The notes: a model not told the origin generated them from the sequence alone. A stretch of DNA of 64,000 bases from Thermodesulfobacteriota bacterium (GCA_040755515.1 JBFMAW010000032.1:3148-67147), one strand, 5' to 3'. Shown: positions 25,609 through 35,833, counted from the first letter of the stretch. A program made the numbers and translations.

Positions 25609-26553
25609 ATGAACGAACTCACCAGCAAGATACGAGCAGCGGCCAAGCGGGTCCTGGCCGAAGGCAAGGCCGACTTGGTCCTGGGCTTTCGGGCCGGCAC
25701 CATCCCCCTGAACAGTTCGCCGTATTTCGTCCGGAACGAGGTCCAGGCCGAAAAATTGATCTGGGATTCCCACTGCCGCCTGAACCTGGCCAACTACCTG
25801 CCCCGCCGGAAGGACAAGGTGGCGGTGGTGGCCAAGGGCTGCGACGCCCGCAACATCGTCAACCATATCCTCGAAAAACAGATCAAGCGCGAACAGGTTT
25901 TCATCCTCGGCGTCCCCTGCGACGGCATGGTTGACCCGCGGAAGATATCGGCCCGGGAAGGACGAGTGGTGCTGGAAGCCTCCGAGGCCGACGGCCGGTT
26001 GACCCTCAAGGGCCGGGACTTCACCACCGTCATCGACAAGGACGAGGTCCTGCGCCAGAACTGCCAGGTCTGCGTCCATCGCAACCCGCCGGTTTACGAT
26101 GAACTGCTGGCCGAAGTCGTGCCGGAGCGGGCCCCGGACCGCTACGCCGACCTGAAGGAACTGCTGGGCCGGCCGGATGGCGATCGCTGGGCCTACTACT
26201 CCGACCTGATCAAGGACTGTATCCGGTGTTACGCCTGCCGCGACGCCTGCCCCCTGTGTTACTGCCACGTCTGCTTCGTGGACGAGGCCATGCCCCAGTG
26301 GCTGGGCAAGTCGATCGACCGGACCGACACCCTGACCTACCACATCCTGCGGGCCTTCCACTGCGCCGGCCGCTGCACGGACTGCGGGGCCTGCGAGTCG
26401 GCCTGTTCCCTGGGCATCAAGGTGCGGCAGTTCACCCGTCTCCTGGAGAAAGACGTGAGCGAACTGTATGGCTATGAGGCCGGGCTGTCCCTGGACAAAA
26501 ACCCGCCCTTGACCGTCTATCGTCCCGACGACCCTCAGGAATTCTTCAAATAA
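25609..26553 (+). CDS. Fe-S oxidoreductase subunit (FlxC-like)
   Basis: 314 aa with cluster motifs CIRCYACRDACPLCYC and CTDCGACESACSLG. It abuts the mvhD stop. Confidence 0.65.
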   Translation: MNELTSKIRAAAKRVLAEGKADLVLGFRAGTIPLNSSPYFVRNEVQAEKLIWDSHCRLNLANYLPRRKDKVAVVAKGCDARNIVNHILEKQIKREQVFILGVPCDGMVDPRKISAREGRVVLEASEADGRLTLKGRDFTTVIDKDEVLRQNCQVCVHRNPPVYDELLAEVVPERAPDRYADLKELLGRPDGDRWAYYSDLIKDCIRCYACRDACPLCYCHVCFVDEAMPQWLGKSIDRTDTLTYHILRAFHCAGRCTDCGACESACSLGIKVRQFTRLLEKDVSELYGYEAGLSLDKNPPLTVYRPDDPQEFFK

Positions 26554-26565
26554 GGACGGCGAGTC

Positions 26566-27597
26566 ATGGCAGACAAGATACTGAAGAAAAGCGATTTCAA
26601 CGGATTCATCAAGTCCCTGGCCGGCCGGTACGAGGTCCTGGGGCCGGTGGAGGCGGACGGCGTGATTAAGTACGCCCCGGCCGGGCCGGAGGAGTTCAAG
26701 CTGGACTTCACCAATTCCCACCTTTCGCCCAAGAATCTCTTCTTTCCCCAGTCGGAAAGGATGTTCGAATTCGACGCCGACCGGAAGGCCGAAGGAGCCT
26801 TTATCCTGAAGGAACTGCCCGAACCGGATGACCCTCGCCTGGTCTTCGGCCTCAGGCCCTGCGACGCCAAGGCTTTTTTCGTCCTGGACAAGATTTTCAA
26901 GAACGACCAGTATGAAGACCCGTACTGGTTCCAGAAACGAAACCGGACGGTCTTGATCGGCCTGGGCTGCGACGCCCCCTGCCCCACCTGCTTTTGCACC
27001 AGCGTCAACTGCGGGCCGTTCCACGAGGAGGGGCTGGACGCCCTGGCCTATGACCTGGGCGACGGCTTTCTGATCAAGACCTTGAGCGAGAAGGGGCAAA
27101 AGGCCCTGGGTCAGGCCCAGGGCCTGTCCGAGGCCAAGGCCCAGGACCTGTCGAGCGCCGCGGCTCTGAAGGACAAAGCCGAGGCGGCCCTGGCCGATCG
27201 AATCCATCTGGACAAGATCGCCGGCCGGACCGTGCTGGAGCTTTTCCAAGCCGGGCACTGGGACTATCTCCACGAGACCTGCATCAACTGCGGCACCTGC
27301 ACCTATTGCTGTCCGACCTGCCATTGCTTCGACATTCAGGACGAGGCGGCCGGCCGAGACGGCGACCGCCTTCGGAACTGGGACACCTGCATGTCCTGGC
27401 TGTTCACCATGCACGGCTCCGGCCACAACCCCCGGCCGACCAAGAAGGAACGGGTGCGGCAGCGGTTCATGCACAAGTTCAAGTACATTCCCCTCAAGCG
27501 CGGCGGCGAGATCGGCTGCGTCGGTTGCGGTCGTTGCGTCAATTTCTGTCCGGTCAACATAGACGTCCGGGACGTGGTCCGGGACATGAACGCCTGA
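26566..27597 (+). CDS. 4Fe-4S dicluster subunit (FlxB / AsrA / sulfhydrogenase-beta-like)
   Basis: 343 aa with CINCGTCTYCCPTCHCFD and CVGCGRCVNFCPVNID. Confidence 0.7.
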   Translation: MADKILKKSDFNGFIKSLAGRYEVLGPVEADGVIKYAPAGPEEFKLDFTNSHLSPKNLFFPQSERMFEFDADRKAEGAFILKELPEPDDPRLVFGLRPCDAKAFFVLDKIFKNDQYEDPYWFQKRNRTVLIGLGCDAPCPTCFCTSVNCGPFHEEGLDALAYDLGDGFLIKTLSEKGQKALGQAQGLSEAKAQDLSSAAALKDKAEAALADRIHLDKIAGRTVLELFQAGHWDYLHETCINCGTCTYCCPTCHCFDIQDEAAGRDGDRLRNWDTCMSWLFTMHGSGHNPRPTKKERVRQRFMHKFKYIPLKRGGEIGCVGCGRCVNFCPVNIDVRDVVRDMNA

Positions 27598-27617
27598 GGA
27601 TTCCAAGGAGAGGGACA

Positions 27618-28457
27618 GTGCGCAATCCATATCTACCCTATCCGGTCAGAATAGATGATGTCGTCGTCGAGACCGAGGACAAGAACCTGAAGACCTTCAA
27701 ACTGGTTTTTCTCGACCCCGAGGACGAGAAGGCTTTCAGCTATACGCCGGGTCAATTCGCCGAACTGTCCGTGGCCGGCCTGGGCGAAATCCCGATCGGC
27801 ATCGCTTCCTCGCCCACGGAGAAGGGGTTCCTCCTTTTCACCGTCAACAAGGTCGGCGCGGTGACCACCCACCTGCACAACCTGAAGGCCGGCGAGGTCA
27901 TGGGCGTGCGCGGGCCCTTGGGGAATTCCTATCCGTTGCGGGAACTGGAGGGTCGCAACATCGTCATCGTCGCCGGCGGATTTGCCGTGACCACCTTGCG
28001 TTCGACCATCACCTGGCTGCTCGACCCGGCCCACCGCCGGAAGTACGGCCGGATCACCTTCATCTACGGCGCCCGCACTCCGGGCATGCTGCTGTACCAA
28101 GATGAATGGCGGGCCTGGCAGAAGCGGGACGACATCGAGACCTATATCACGGTGGACCGCGAGTTCCCCGGCTGGGACGGGCTGGTCGGATTCGTACCGG
28201 CCGTGACCGAAAAAGTGGCGCCCGATCCGGAAAACGCTTCGGCCCTGGTCTGCGGCCCGCCCATCATGATCAAGTTCACCCAACCCGTCCTCGAGAAGGC
28301 CGGCTTCCCGCCGGAGCAGATTATCATGAGCCTGGAAAACAGGATGAAATGCGGCATCGGCATCTGCGGCCGCTGCAACGTGGGGCCGGAATACGTCTGC
28401 AAGGACGGCCCGGTCTTCACCCTGGCCCAGCTCAACCAGTTGCCCAGGGAATATTAA
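27618..28457 (+). CDS. FAD/NAD(P)-binding oxidoreductase with C-terminal [2Fe-2S] (FlxA / AsrB / PyrK-like)
   Basis: The GTG start at 27618 follows AAGGAGAG; the track ORF from 27306 overlaps the previous gene. Motifs are PGQFAELS, the IASSP-type flavin site, and CGIGICGRCNVGPEYVCKDGPVF. Confidence 0.75.
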   Translation: MRNPYLPYPVRIDDVVVETEDKNLKTFKLVFLDPEDEKAFSYTPGQFAELSVAGLGEIPIGIASSPTEKGFLLFTVNKVGAVTTHLHNLKAGEVMGVRGPLGNSYPLRELEGRNIVIVAGGFAVTTLRSTITWLLDPAHRRKYGRITFIYGARTPGMLLYQDEWRAWQKRDDIETYITVDREFPGWDGLVGFVPAVTEKVAPDPENASALVCGPPIMIKFTQPVLEKAGFPPEQIIMSLENRMKCGIGICGRCNVGPEYVCKDGPVFTLAQLNQLPREY

Positions 28458-28484
28458 GGGCGATCCTGGGCTTCGATTTCCATC

Positions 28485-28516
28485 GGGGGAACCACAACGT
28501 TCCCCCTTTAAGTTTT
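28485..28516 (+). terminator. Rho-independent terminator after the hdr/flx operon
   Basis: GGGGGAAC-cacaac-GTTCCCCC is a perfect 8-bp stem followed by TTTAAGTTTT. Confidence 0.8.
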
Positions 28517-28530
28517 AAGGGAACCGTGGC

Positions 28531-29067
28531 ATGGCTGAAATAAAGAGCACCCTGGACCTGGTCCTGGAACGGACCAGGCACCTGTCCTTGAGCGAAGAGG
28601 AAAAAGCCCTGGCCCGGGCCCAGGAATGGGAGGCTAAGGTCAAGGGCCATCTGCTGGCCTTGAAAGAGGGCCGGCTGAGGGCCGAAGAACTGCCCGGTCT
28701 CCTGACCCAGGCCGGAGACCAGGCCGAGGATTTTAAGGCCGCCCTGCGGAAGGCCTTGGTCGAAACCCTGGACCTGACTGGAGACAACCTGCCGCTGCTG
28801 GCCGGCCTGGCCAGCCTCATCGGCCCGGATATCAAAGGGCTTCTAGCGGAAATCGAGACCTTGCTGGCCGACCATAAGGCCGCAAGCAGGACACTGACGG
28901 TACGGGCTAGAGAAAAGGCCCTCAAAGACCTGGCCGACCTCGGTCTGTCCGGATCGGCGCTCAAACCCAAGATAGAGAGGGACCAAGGGTACGTGGAAGC
29001 CCTGGCCCGTTTGAAGCAGGCCTACGCGGATCGTCTGGCCGAAATCAAGGAGCGGCTGCTGGCGTAA
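28531..29067 (+). CDS. Hypothetical protein, helical/charged
   Basis: 178 aa ORF with coding-like composition. I recognised no motif. Confidence 0.5.
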   Translation: MAEIKSTLDLVLERTRHLSLSEEEKALARAQEWEAKVKGHLLALKEGRLRAEELPGLLTQAGDQAEDFKAALRKALVETLDLTGDNLPLLAGLASLIGPDIKGLLAEIETLLADHKAASRTLTVRAREKALKDLADLGLSGSALKPKIERDQGYVEALARLKQAYADRLAEIKERLLA

Positions 29068-29249
29068 CCGGCCCGCCGTCGCTTTCTGACCTCGGTCCTG
29101 AGACCTTCTCGACTTATATTACTCGGGGCGAAATCTTAGTTTTCCGGGCGCACGCCGGGCGCCCCGACCTGGCTTCCTGCCTTCGCCGGAAGGACATTTG
29201 GAACAGGCAACTTACTTCATGCACCTAATAATAACCAGGTAATCCTTGG

Positions 29250-29915
29250 TTACAGCAGGTGGAAGTACATCTTCTCGATGATCTGAAAGTTCCTCAAGAC
29301 TTTGTCCCGGCCGATGATGGCCGGGCCATGCCCGGGGAGAATCGTATCCACGTCCAGGGCGGCCATGCGCCGGATGCTTTCCTTGAGCTGCCGGCCGTTG
29401 CCGCCGGGAAAGTCGGTCCGACCCACGCCCTGGGCAAAGATCAGGTCGCCGGCGATCAAAACTTTATTTTTAGGCCAGTAAAGACAGATAGACCCCGGCG
29501 AATGCCCGGGCGTATGATAAATCATGAGGTTTTTATCGCCCAGGTTGAGATCGCCTTCCACGAGGTTGAGATCAATTTTTACGGCGGGCATGGTTAATCC
29601 CATGGCCCGGTAGAATTCGGGGCCGATCTGGCGCAGGTAGGTTTCATCGTCCGGGTGCATGGCCTGCTTGGCCCCCTGCCCGGCCAGTTCCGGTCCGGCT
29701 TCCATGTGGTCCGGATGGCAATGGGTGTATATGACCAAGGCCACGTCTTCGGGGGCTGTTCCGTCGGCCCTCATCCTGGACGCCAGTTGGCTGAAGAGGT
29801 GCTTGTGGCCCGGATCAATCAGGGTCTTGACCGCGCCGTCAATCATGATACTGTTACAATTATTTTGGGAATAATTCTCCCAGGGGTGGAAATAGAGGTC
29901 CTCGGCGATCTTCAT
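29250..29915 (-). CDS. MBL-fold metallo-hydrolase
   Basis: THCHPDHMEAG (HxHxDH motif) and HTPGHSPGS. The start is taken at MKIAEDLYF; the track ORF extends to 29972. Confidence 0.85.
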   Translation of the reverse strand: MKIAEDLYFHPWENYSQNNCNSIMIDGAVKTLIDPGHKHLFSQLASRMRADGTAPEDVALVIYTHCHPDHMEAGPELAGQGAKQAMHPDDETYLRQIGPEFYRAMGLTMPAVKIDLNLVEGDLNLGDKNLMIYHTPGHSPGSICLYWPKNKVLIAGDLIFAQGVGRTDFPGGNGRQLKESIRRMAALDVDTILPGHGPAIIGRDKVLRNFQIIEKMYFHLL

Positions 29916-30041
29916 GTAACGACTCCAAAATGATTTGGAGACAAAATTAACCGATGGCGCCGGGCCGGTCAAGATCGAGCCGGCGGCCGCCGATCATAAT
30001 TTGGTCCGGGAAACCGCCCGGAACGACCAAGGGAGGAAAAA

Positions 30042-31016
30042 ATGAAGAAGGCTGTTCTGATATCGGTTTTAACCCTGACCTTGGGTTGGTGGATAGGTAC
30101 GGCCCAGGTCCTGGCCGCGGACGCAGCCATGGTGGTGGACCTGAGCGGTCAAGCCAAGTTCGAAGGCGGGGCCAAGGCCGGCCAGGAAGTCAACCTGATG
30201 GATTTTCTGGCGGAAGGCGACAAACTGGTCCTGGCCGGCGGCGCCAAATTGATTCTGAATTACTTTGCTACCGGCCAAAGAGAAAGCGTGAGCGGTCCGG
30301 GCGGAGTGACCATCGGCGCTTCCGCCAGTAAAGCCGGCGCCGGGGTGAAGATCGAAACCTCGGCCGCGGCCGCGCCGCCGCCTCAATCCGTGATTGACGC
30401 GGGCGCCCACCACGCCGGCACCGTGGCCCTGCGGGGAGTCAAGCCTCCTCCCGGAGCCAAACAGCCACCGGCCAAAGGTGTGCTGGCCATAAGGCGGGAC
30501 CGGTTCCTGGCCGAATGCGTCGGACCGAACAAGATGGCGCCTTTGGGCCTGTATTTGACCGCGTCGGCTTCGACCAAACCTTTTTTCGCCTGGCAGGCCG
30601 TGGCCGGAGCCCAGGCCTATTCCTTCAAGCTGATGGATAGCCAGGGCAAAAAGGTTTTTGAATCGGTCGTGGATAAGAATTCCCTGGCCTACAACGGGCC
30701 CGAACTCACTCCCGGCGACCGCTACCGCTGGACCGCGGCGGCCTTGACCGGCCGCAAGGAAATCGCCAATGGCGGAGGGGAATTCTGGGTTCTGCCCGCG
30801 GCCAAGCTGAACAGCCGGGCCCAGGAGGAAGAAAAGATCAAAAAGGAATACGGCCTCAATTCCACCGAAGGCCAGATCGGGCTGGCCATGCTCTATCAGA
30901 AGTACGAAATGTACGACGACGCGGCGGCGGTCATGCGCGCCCTTTTACAGAAACATCCCCAGAACAAGCAGATGGCCATGCAGCTCAGCCTGCTGGACCC
31001 GAGCGTAAGAAAATAA
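30042..31016 (+). CDS. Secreted hypothetical protein with C-terminal TPR-like helices
   Basis: 324 aa. The signal peptide is MKKAVLISVLTLTLGWWIGTAQVLAADA, and a GGGAGG RBS lies upstream. Confidence 0.6.
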   Translation: MKKAVLISVLTLTLGWWIGTAQVLAADAAMVVDLSGQAKFEGGAKAGQEVNLMDFLAEGDKLVLAGGAKLILNYFATGQRESVSGPGGVTIGASASKAGAGVKIETSAAAAPPPQSVIDAGAHHAGTVALRGVKPPPGAKQPPAKGVLAIRRDRFLAECVGPNKMAPLGLYLTASASTKPFFAWQAVAGAQAYSFKLMDSQGKKVFESVVDKNSLAYNGPELTPGDRYRWTAAALTGRKEIANGGGEFWVLPAAKLNSRAQEEEKIKKEYGLNSTEGQIGLAMLYQKYEMYDDAAAVMRALLQKHPQNKQMAMQLSLLDPSVRK

Positions 31017-31068
31017 TATCGGCGGGCGGTCTCGGCCGTTGAGGTTCGAGACCGCCTTTGACCGCCAA

Positions 31069-32646
31069 TCACGGCCCGCTTAAGGGCGCGTGAAAAAAGT
31101 TGTAGGCCGAACCCGCCACCGGCAGTCTGAGACCCAACTCCACCAGGAATATCAGCCAGACCAGGACCAGCCAGATGGTAAGCCCTCCGGCCCTGGCCGA
31201 GACCAGGCCGGCCAGCCGTTTCAGACCCATCAGATAAAGGATAAAGAACGGAATCAGGCCGCAGAGTATCAACCGGCCCGAAACGAAGAAAGGCTTGGTC
31301 CGGGAAGGATACAGGCACTGGCCGAAGTCAAAGGCCATGGACAGCATGGCCAAATATAACATCGCGGCCAGGACCACGGCGCCGGCCAGAAAAGAAACGG
31401 CCCGTTCGCCGTCCGCCTCTTTTTTCCGGATCGTAAAATAGCCGGCCAGGGCCAGGAAGGCCAGCGAGGACAGGGTGAAGAACAGGTCCCCAGCCGGAAG
31501 GGTGAGCCGTTGAGTATGCCAGACGAATTCACCCCGCCAGAAGGAAGCCAGGAGGTTATGGAGGAAATAGGCCAGCCCGGACGGGGTGAAGATAGGGTGC
31601 CACAAGATTTGGGACAGCGGCTTGTAGGCCCAGCCCCAAGCCGCCACTTTATGGTCCGCGCCGGTCAGACCGCCCACGTACATTTCGTTCCTGGCCATCC
31701 AGGCGGCTAAAGGCAAAACCAGGCCCGCGGCCAAAGACCCCCATCGCTCTAAGCTCCCGGCGGCCGAAACGGCGCGACCGTCACGACGGAAGGCCAGCCA
31801 TAAAACCCCGGCCGGGGCGGCCAGAATGGGCAGGTTGGAAAGCTTGACCAACACCGCCGCGGCCAGGCTCAAGCCCGCCAGGACGTAGACGACGGGGCCT
31901 TCTTCCGGCTGGAGATATATTCGGCCGAGAAAATAGAAAGCCAGGCCGGCCGTCAGCGGCGAAAGCACGTCGCTGTTGAGGGAATAGAATACGTCCTGGG
32001 GCAGAAAGGCCACGGCCAGGGGCAGGCCCAGACGGATCAGGGCCTCACCGGGGAAAAAGGTCCGGCCGATAAGCCAGGCCAGCCAGACGGTCAGGGCCAG
32101 AACCGGCGCGTTCAGAAAACGGACGAAATACAACAATCCGGCGCCGGTCAGACCCAGGGCCCGGCCCAGGGCCAGCCAGAGCCCATAGACCCCATAATAC
32201 AAGGGCGGCGAATATTCCTCGTAGTTATCGCCCCGGGCCTTGACCCGGTCCAGAACCGAGTCGCGCAATTCCCGCGGTTGGGTGAAAAGGGGCGGCGGAA
32301 ACTTGCCGCCCGCATATCTCTCCGGCCGATGGTTGTATTCGGGAGAACCATAGAGAACAATGAACCGCGTGGCTTCCGGGTCCTTGGCCGCCCGATCCTT
32401 TACCGGCCATTTCCCCTGCGAGTATTTCCAGATAAGATCGAAGTGGGCCTGCTCGTCCACGTTATTGAAAAACGGAAAGGCCGCGGAGAAAAACCAGACC
32501 TTTAAGGCGGCCAGGACCAAGACCACGGCGATGAACTTCCGTTCGCGGGCCAGGAGAAAAGACTCCACCCGGCCTGGTCCCGTCTCGGCCGCCCGTTCCA
32601 CGACCGCCGCCTGTTTCTTTGGTTTAGTCTTCTTTTTCCCGCCCAC
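31069..32646 (-). CDS. Polytopic membrane protein, GT-C (ArnT/PMT or DUF2142-like) glycosyltransferase fold
   Basis: 525 aa with more than 10 hydrophobic helices. NNVDEQAHFD sits in the first loop, which is a GT-C-like acidic motif. Assignment is by pattern only. Confidence 0.45.
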   Translation of the reverse strand: MGGKKKTKPKKQAAVVERAAETGPGRVESFLLARERKFIAVVLVLAALKVWFFSAAFPFFNNVDEQAHFDLIWKYSQGKWPVKDRAAKDPEATRFIVLYGSPEYNHRPERYAGGKFPPPLFTQPRELRDSVLDRVKARGDNYEEYSPPLYYGVYGLWLALGRALGLTGAGLLYFVRFLNAPVLALTVWLAWLIGRTFFPGEALIRLGLPLAVAFLPQDVFYSLNSDVLSPLTAGLAFYFLGRIYLQPEEGPVVYVLAGLSLAAAVLVKLSNLPILAAPAGVLWLAFRRDGRAVSAAGSLERWGSLAAGLVLPLAAWMARNEMYVGGLTGADHKVAAWGWAYKPLSQILWHPIFTPSGLAYFLHNLLASFWRGEFVWHTQRLTLPAGDLFFTLSSLAFLALAGYFTIRKKEADGERAVSFLAGAVVLAAMLYLAMLSMAFDFGQCLYPSRTKPFFVSGRLILCGLIPFFILYLMGLKRLAGLVSARAGGLTIWLVLVWLIFLVELGLRLPVAGSAYNFFHAPLSGP

Positions 32647-32704
32647 GCCCGCTTACCCGTAGTCGTGCTATTTAACCCGGCCGAATCAATGGGTCAAGGC
32701 TAAT

Positions 32705-34030
32705 ATGGACTTCGTCGCCACGGTCCCATTTCCAGACTATTCAAAGCAGGGGTCCTGTGATATGAAACCAGCTATCTTGGCTTGCTTGGGAGCGGGCATG
32801 GCTGGGCCGAAAAAGAAAGGCGGCGAACTTTCGGAGAACGTTCAGTCACTGATTGACCTGACCGCCGCCGGTATGCTGGAAGTCCCACCCTCCCGGAACC
32901 CGGCCGAGGTCTTTAATGGAGCCTGCTCCGGCTTGCCCGGCCGGGAGTATGATCTGATCGAGGCCCTGACGCGGATAAAGACCCCGGCGACCTTGAATTT
33001 TCTGTATCGGCTGTCCTCCAGTCTCAAGGACAAGCCTCTGATCAAGGCCGCGCGGAAAGCCATCTACCGCCTCGAGCAAGCCGGCCTCAAGGCCGATGAC
33101 CAGGCCAGAGACAAAGGGGCGCCCCTGGTGCGCCCGCCGGAAGCGCGGCGGCCGATCGGATACTTGAGCACCTACGACCCCTCGGGACAGCGGATGGGTC
33201 TGTTGGCCTGGCCCGGACAGCCGACGGGGTATGATACCGGCTTCTTCGCCATTGACCAAACCCGGGGCTTGCCGAACTTCAATCTCGGCCATGTCACCAG
33301 CAACGGGCTGAAAAGGATAAACGACCAAATCCGGGAGCAGCCTTATTACAAGAGGCTGGTTGAAGTGCCTGTAGCCGCGGTGCGTTTCGCCCTGGCCGAA
33401 GCCGCCGGTCTGGGTCTGAACCTGGACGAAAGAGACCTGGAAGACTACGAATATTTTCTCACTCTGGCCGGCGCCGTACCAGTGCCGGAGAGACCCTTGA
33501 TTTATGACTTGATACCAGAGGCCTCCCAAGAGCTGAACCATTCCGTCGCGATTGGTCGGAAAATCATGGAGCACGAGTTTCTGAACCGGTCCCTGATTCT
33601 CGGTCCAGAGGACCTGGAGCCGTACTGGAGTAAGTTCGAGGAGGTGGACCAGGGCGTCCTGGTGCTGACGCCGGACCAAAAAGAGGAACAACGCCTGGCC
33701 ATCATCGAGAGAGCCGGCCGGGAGATATTCGCCCCGGACCGGATCAGAAAGCTCAAACGCCAACTGGAGGAGATAGGCCTGTTATTGTGGCAGGTCGGCG
33801 AAAAGGATCTAGCCCACGGCGCCCTGGCCGTGGCCCGCGGGCTCGCGGCTGAACCCGAATCGGCCGCCGGCCACCCTTTCATCCAAGAGATAATACGGCG
33901 CACTTGCGATTTTCTGGACAAAGCCGATAAAAAAGATGAAGACGAGGGAAAAGAGGGAGAAAGAACTTCTCCGGAAGGCTTCCGTCTGAGTGAATCCGGG
34001 CTGCTGGTCCCGGAGAACATTCTGGACTGA
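32705..34030 (+). CDS. Hypothetical protein
   Basis: 441 aa ORF with no recognised motif. The long antisense ORFs overlapping it look like GC artefacts. Confidence 0.5.
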   Translation: MDFVATVPFPDYSKQGSCDMKPAILACLGAGMAGPKKKGGELSENVQSLIDLTAAGMLEVPPSRNPAEVFNGACSGLPGREYDLIEALTRIKTPATLNFLYRLSSSLKDKPLIKAARKAIYRLEQAGLKADDQARDKGAPLVRPPEARRPIGYLSTYDPSGQRMGLLAWPGQPTGYDTGFFAIDQTRGLPNFNLGHVTSNGLKRINDQIREQPYYKRLVEVPVAAVRFALAEAAGLGLNLDERDLEDYEYFLTLAGAVPVPERPLIYDLIPEASQELNHSVAIGRKIMEHEFLNRSLILGPEDLEPYWSKFEEVDQGVLVLTPDQKEEQRLAIIERAGREIFAPDRIRKLKRQLEEIGLLLWQVGEKDLAHGALAVARGLAAEPESAAGHPFIQEIIRRTCDFLDKADKKDEDEGKEGERTSPEGFRLSESGLLVPENILD

Positions 34031-34443
34031 TGGGAGGTGAGACCTTGGGTTTGGAATTTTCCGTTCAAACCAACCGGACCACGGAAATGATCAACATCAC
34101 TACAGAGGTCCAACGCCTGGTTACGGCCGGAGGACACAAAAGCGGATTGGCGATGGTTTACGTGCCGCATACCACGGCCGGCATAACCATAAATGAAGGG
34201 GCGGATCCCAGCGTCAAGGCCGACATCATGGACACCCTCAACGCCATCGTACCCTGGGAGAGGGTTTACGGCCACGCCGAAGGCAATTCCCCGGCCCATA
34301 TAAAATCCAGCCTGGTCGGGTCTTCCGTACTGCTGATTCTGGAAGAGGGGCGACTTCGGTTGGGCCAATGGCAGAGCATATTCCTGTGCGAGTTCGATGG
34401 TCCCCGCCGCCGCCAGGTTTTCCTCAAGGTCCTGCCGGAATGA
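34030..34443 (+). CDS. yjbQ: YjbQ/UPF0047 family (secondary thiamine-phosphate synthase-like)
   Basis: MINITTEVQ...VYVPHTTAGITINEGADPSV..D...H..GNSPAHIKSSLVG is the family signature. An alternative TTG start lies 5 codons in, after GGAGGTGA. Confidence 0.85.
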   Translation: MGGETLGLEFSVQTNRTTEMINITTEVQRLVTAGGHKSGLAMVYVPHTTAGITINEGADPSVKADIMDTLNAIVPWERVYGHAEGNSPAHIKSSLVGSSVLLILEEGRLRLGQWQSIFLCEFDGPRRRQVFLKVLPE

Positions 34444-35090
34444 CGAACGAGGAACCAAGAATGCACCTTGAAGACGACGCGCAGCTCGAGGGCCTGATTG
34501 ACCGACTCAAGCAATACCTGGCCGCCAATCCCAGGAACGCCACCGCCCACTATAACCTGGCCTTGGCCTTCTTGAAAAAAGGTCGGATCGAGGACGCGGA
34601 GTTCGCCTTCAAGTTCGCCCTGGACCTGGAACCGGAGATGGTCGAAGCCCTGATCAACCTGGGCGGTCTCTATCTGCGTCAGGAAAAGCTCGACGAGGCC
34701 GTGGCCTGCAACCAAAAAGCCTTGGAAATCAATCCCCGCGCCACTCTGGCCCTGAATAATATCGGGTTCGCCCGGATGATCCAGGGCCGCATGGATGAAG
34801 CCGCCGCGGCCTTCCGGTCGGCCATCGAGTTAAACCCCGAGCTAATTCCGGCCCGGCTGTCCCTGGTCCGGGTGTTCGAAGCCCAGGATAATCTCGACGC
34901 GGCCATGACCCAGTATGAAGAGATACTCAGGCTCAATCCGGGTTTCGCCCTGGCCCATTACAGCCTGGCCATGGGACGGCTGGCCCAGGGCCGCATCGAG
35001 GAAGCGGCCCGGCATTACCAGGAGGCGGCGGCCTTGAACTTCCCCGTTGACCCTCATCTCGGCCGCCGGATCGAAGAGGCCCGGGGTTGA
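34440..35090 (+). CDS. TPR repeat protein
   Basis: Repeated AHYNLALAF / ALNNIGF / AHYSLAM TPR consensus. Its ATGA start overlaps the yjbQ stop. Confidence 0.75.
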   Translation: MTNEEPRMHLEDDAQLEGLIDRLKQYLAANPRNATAHYNLALAFLKKGRIEDAEFAFKFALDLEPEMVEALINLGGLYLRQEKLDEAVACNQKALEINPRATLALNNIGFARMIQGRMDEAAAAFRSAIELNPELIPARLSLVRVFEAQDNLDAAMTQYEEILRLNPGFALAHYSLAMGRLAQGRIEEAARHYQEAAALNFPVDPHLGRRIEEARG

Positions 35091-35833
35091 TCGAGGCCAA
35101 CCTGGAAAAGATGGAGGAACTTAAAGACGGACTGGACCAGGCCCGGACCGCCGGAGACCTTTCGGCCCAGGCCGCCATGCTATACGAAATAGCTCGTCTC
35201 TATCATAAGGAAAAGATTGAAGACGCGGCCCGGGATTACTGGATCGAGTGCCGGGACCTCTGCCGCCGGGCCGGCCTGATCCAGGAAACGGCCCAGGTCA
35301 TGATCGACCTAGGCGACCTGGCCAGAGACCGGGACGACTTTGACCAGGCGGAAGAAAGCTACCGTTCGGCCCAGGCCATCTACCAAGAGACCGGCGACCT
35401 CAAGGGTCGGGCCAGAATAAGCGAACGCCTGGGCGACTTGATTTCGAGAAAAGGTGACCACGAACAGGCCCTGGTCTTTTTCCGGGAAGGCCTGGACCTT
35501 TGCCGCGAACACGACGACCCCATCGGCTGCCTGTTTTTTTTGGATCAGATGATGCCTCTGTTGAGGGCGGGGGACAAGGTTTCGGAATTGGAACAGGCCG
35601 GACGGTTGACCATTACCCTGGCCGAAAAAATGGGCGATCGGGAACGCATGGCTCTGGGTCTGGCCAGATTGGCCGACCTTTACATCAAAACAGGCCGTAT
35701 TAAGGAGGCCGAAGCCGGCCTGGTCCTGGCCCATGACTTGTACCTGCATCTGGGCCGAGATAAAGAAGCCGGCCTGATCCGTGCCGAATTGGACCGTCTG
35801 GACTTGGATTCCGTAAAATCACTAAGCCCATGA
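35087..35833 (+). CDS. TPR-like repeat protein
   Basis: 248 aa with 40-aa helical repeats (LGDLARDRDDFDQAEESYRSA and similar). It has a TTG start overlapping the upstream stop; ATG at 35111 is an alternative. Confidence 0.6.
   Translation: MIEANLEKMEELKDGLDQARTAGDLSAQAAMLYEIARLYHKEKIEDAARDYWIECRDLCRRAGLIQETAQVMIDLGDLARDRDDFDQAEESYRSAQAIYQETGDLKGRARISERLGDLISRKGDHEQALVFFREGLDLCREHDDPIGCLFFLDQMMPLLRAGDKVSELEQAGRLTITLAEKMGDRERMALGLARLADLYIKTGRIKEAEAGLVLAHDLYLHLGRDKEAGLIRAELDRLDLDSVKSLSP

Noticed and set aside
27306-27617. An N-terminal extension of the FlxA-like gene (383-aa ORF).
   Set aside because: It overlaps the 3' end of the preceding Fe-S gene in another frame and is low-complexity. A GTG at 27618 follows an AAGGAGAG RBS.
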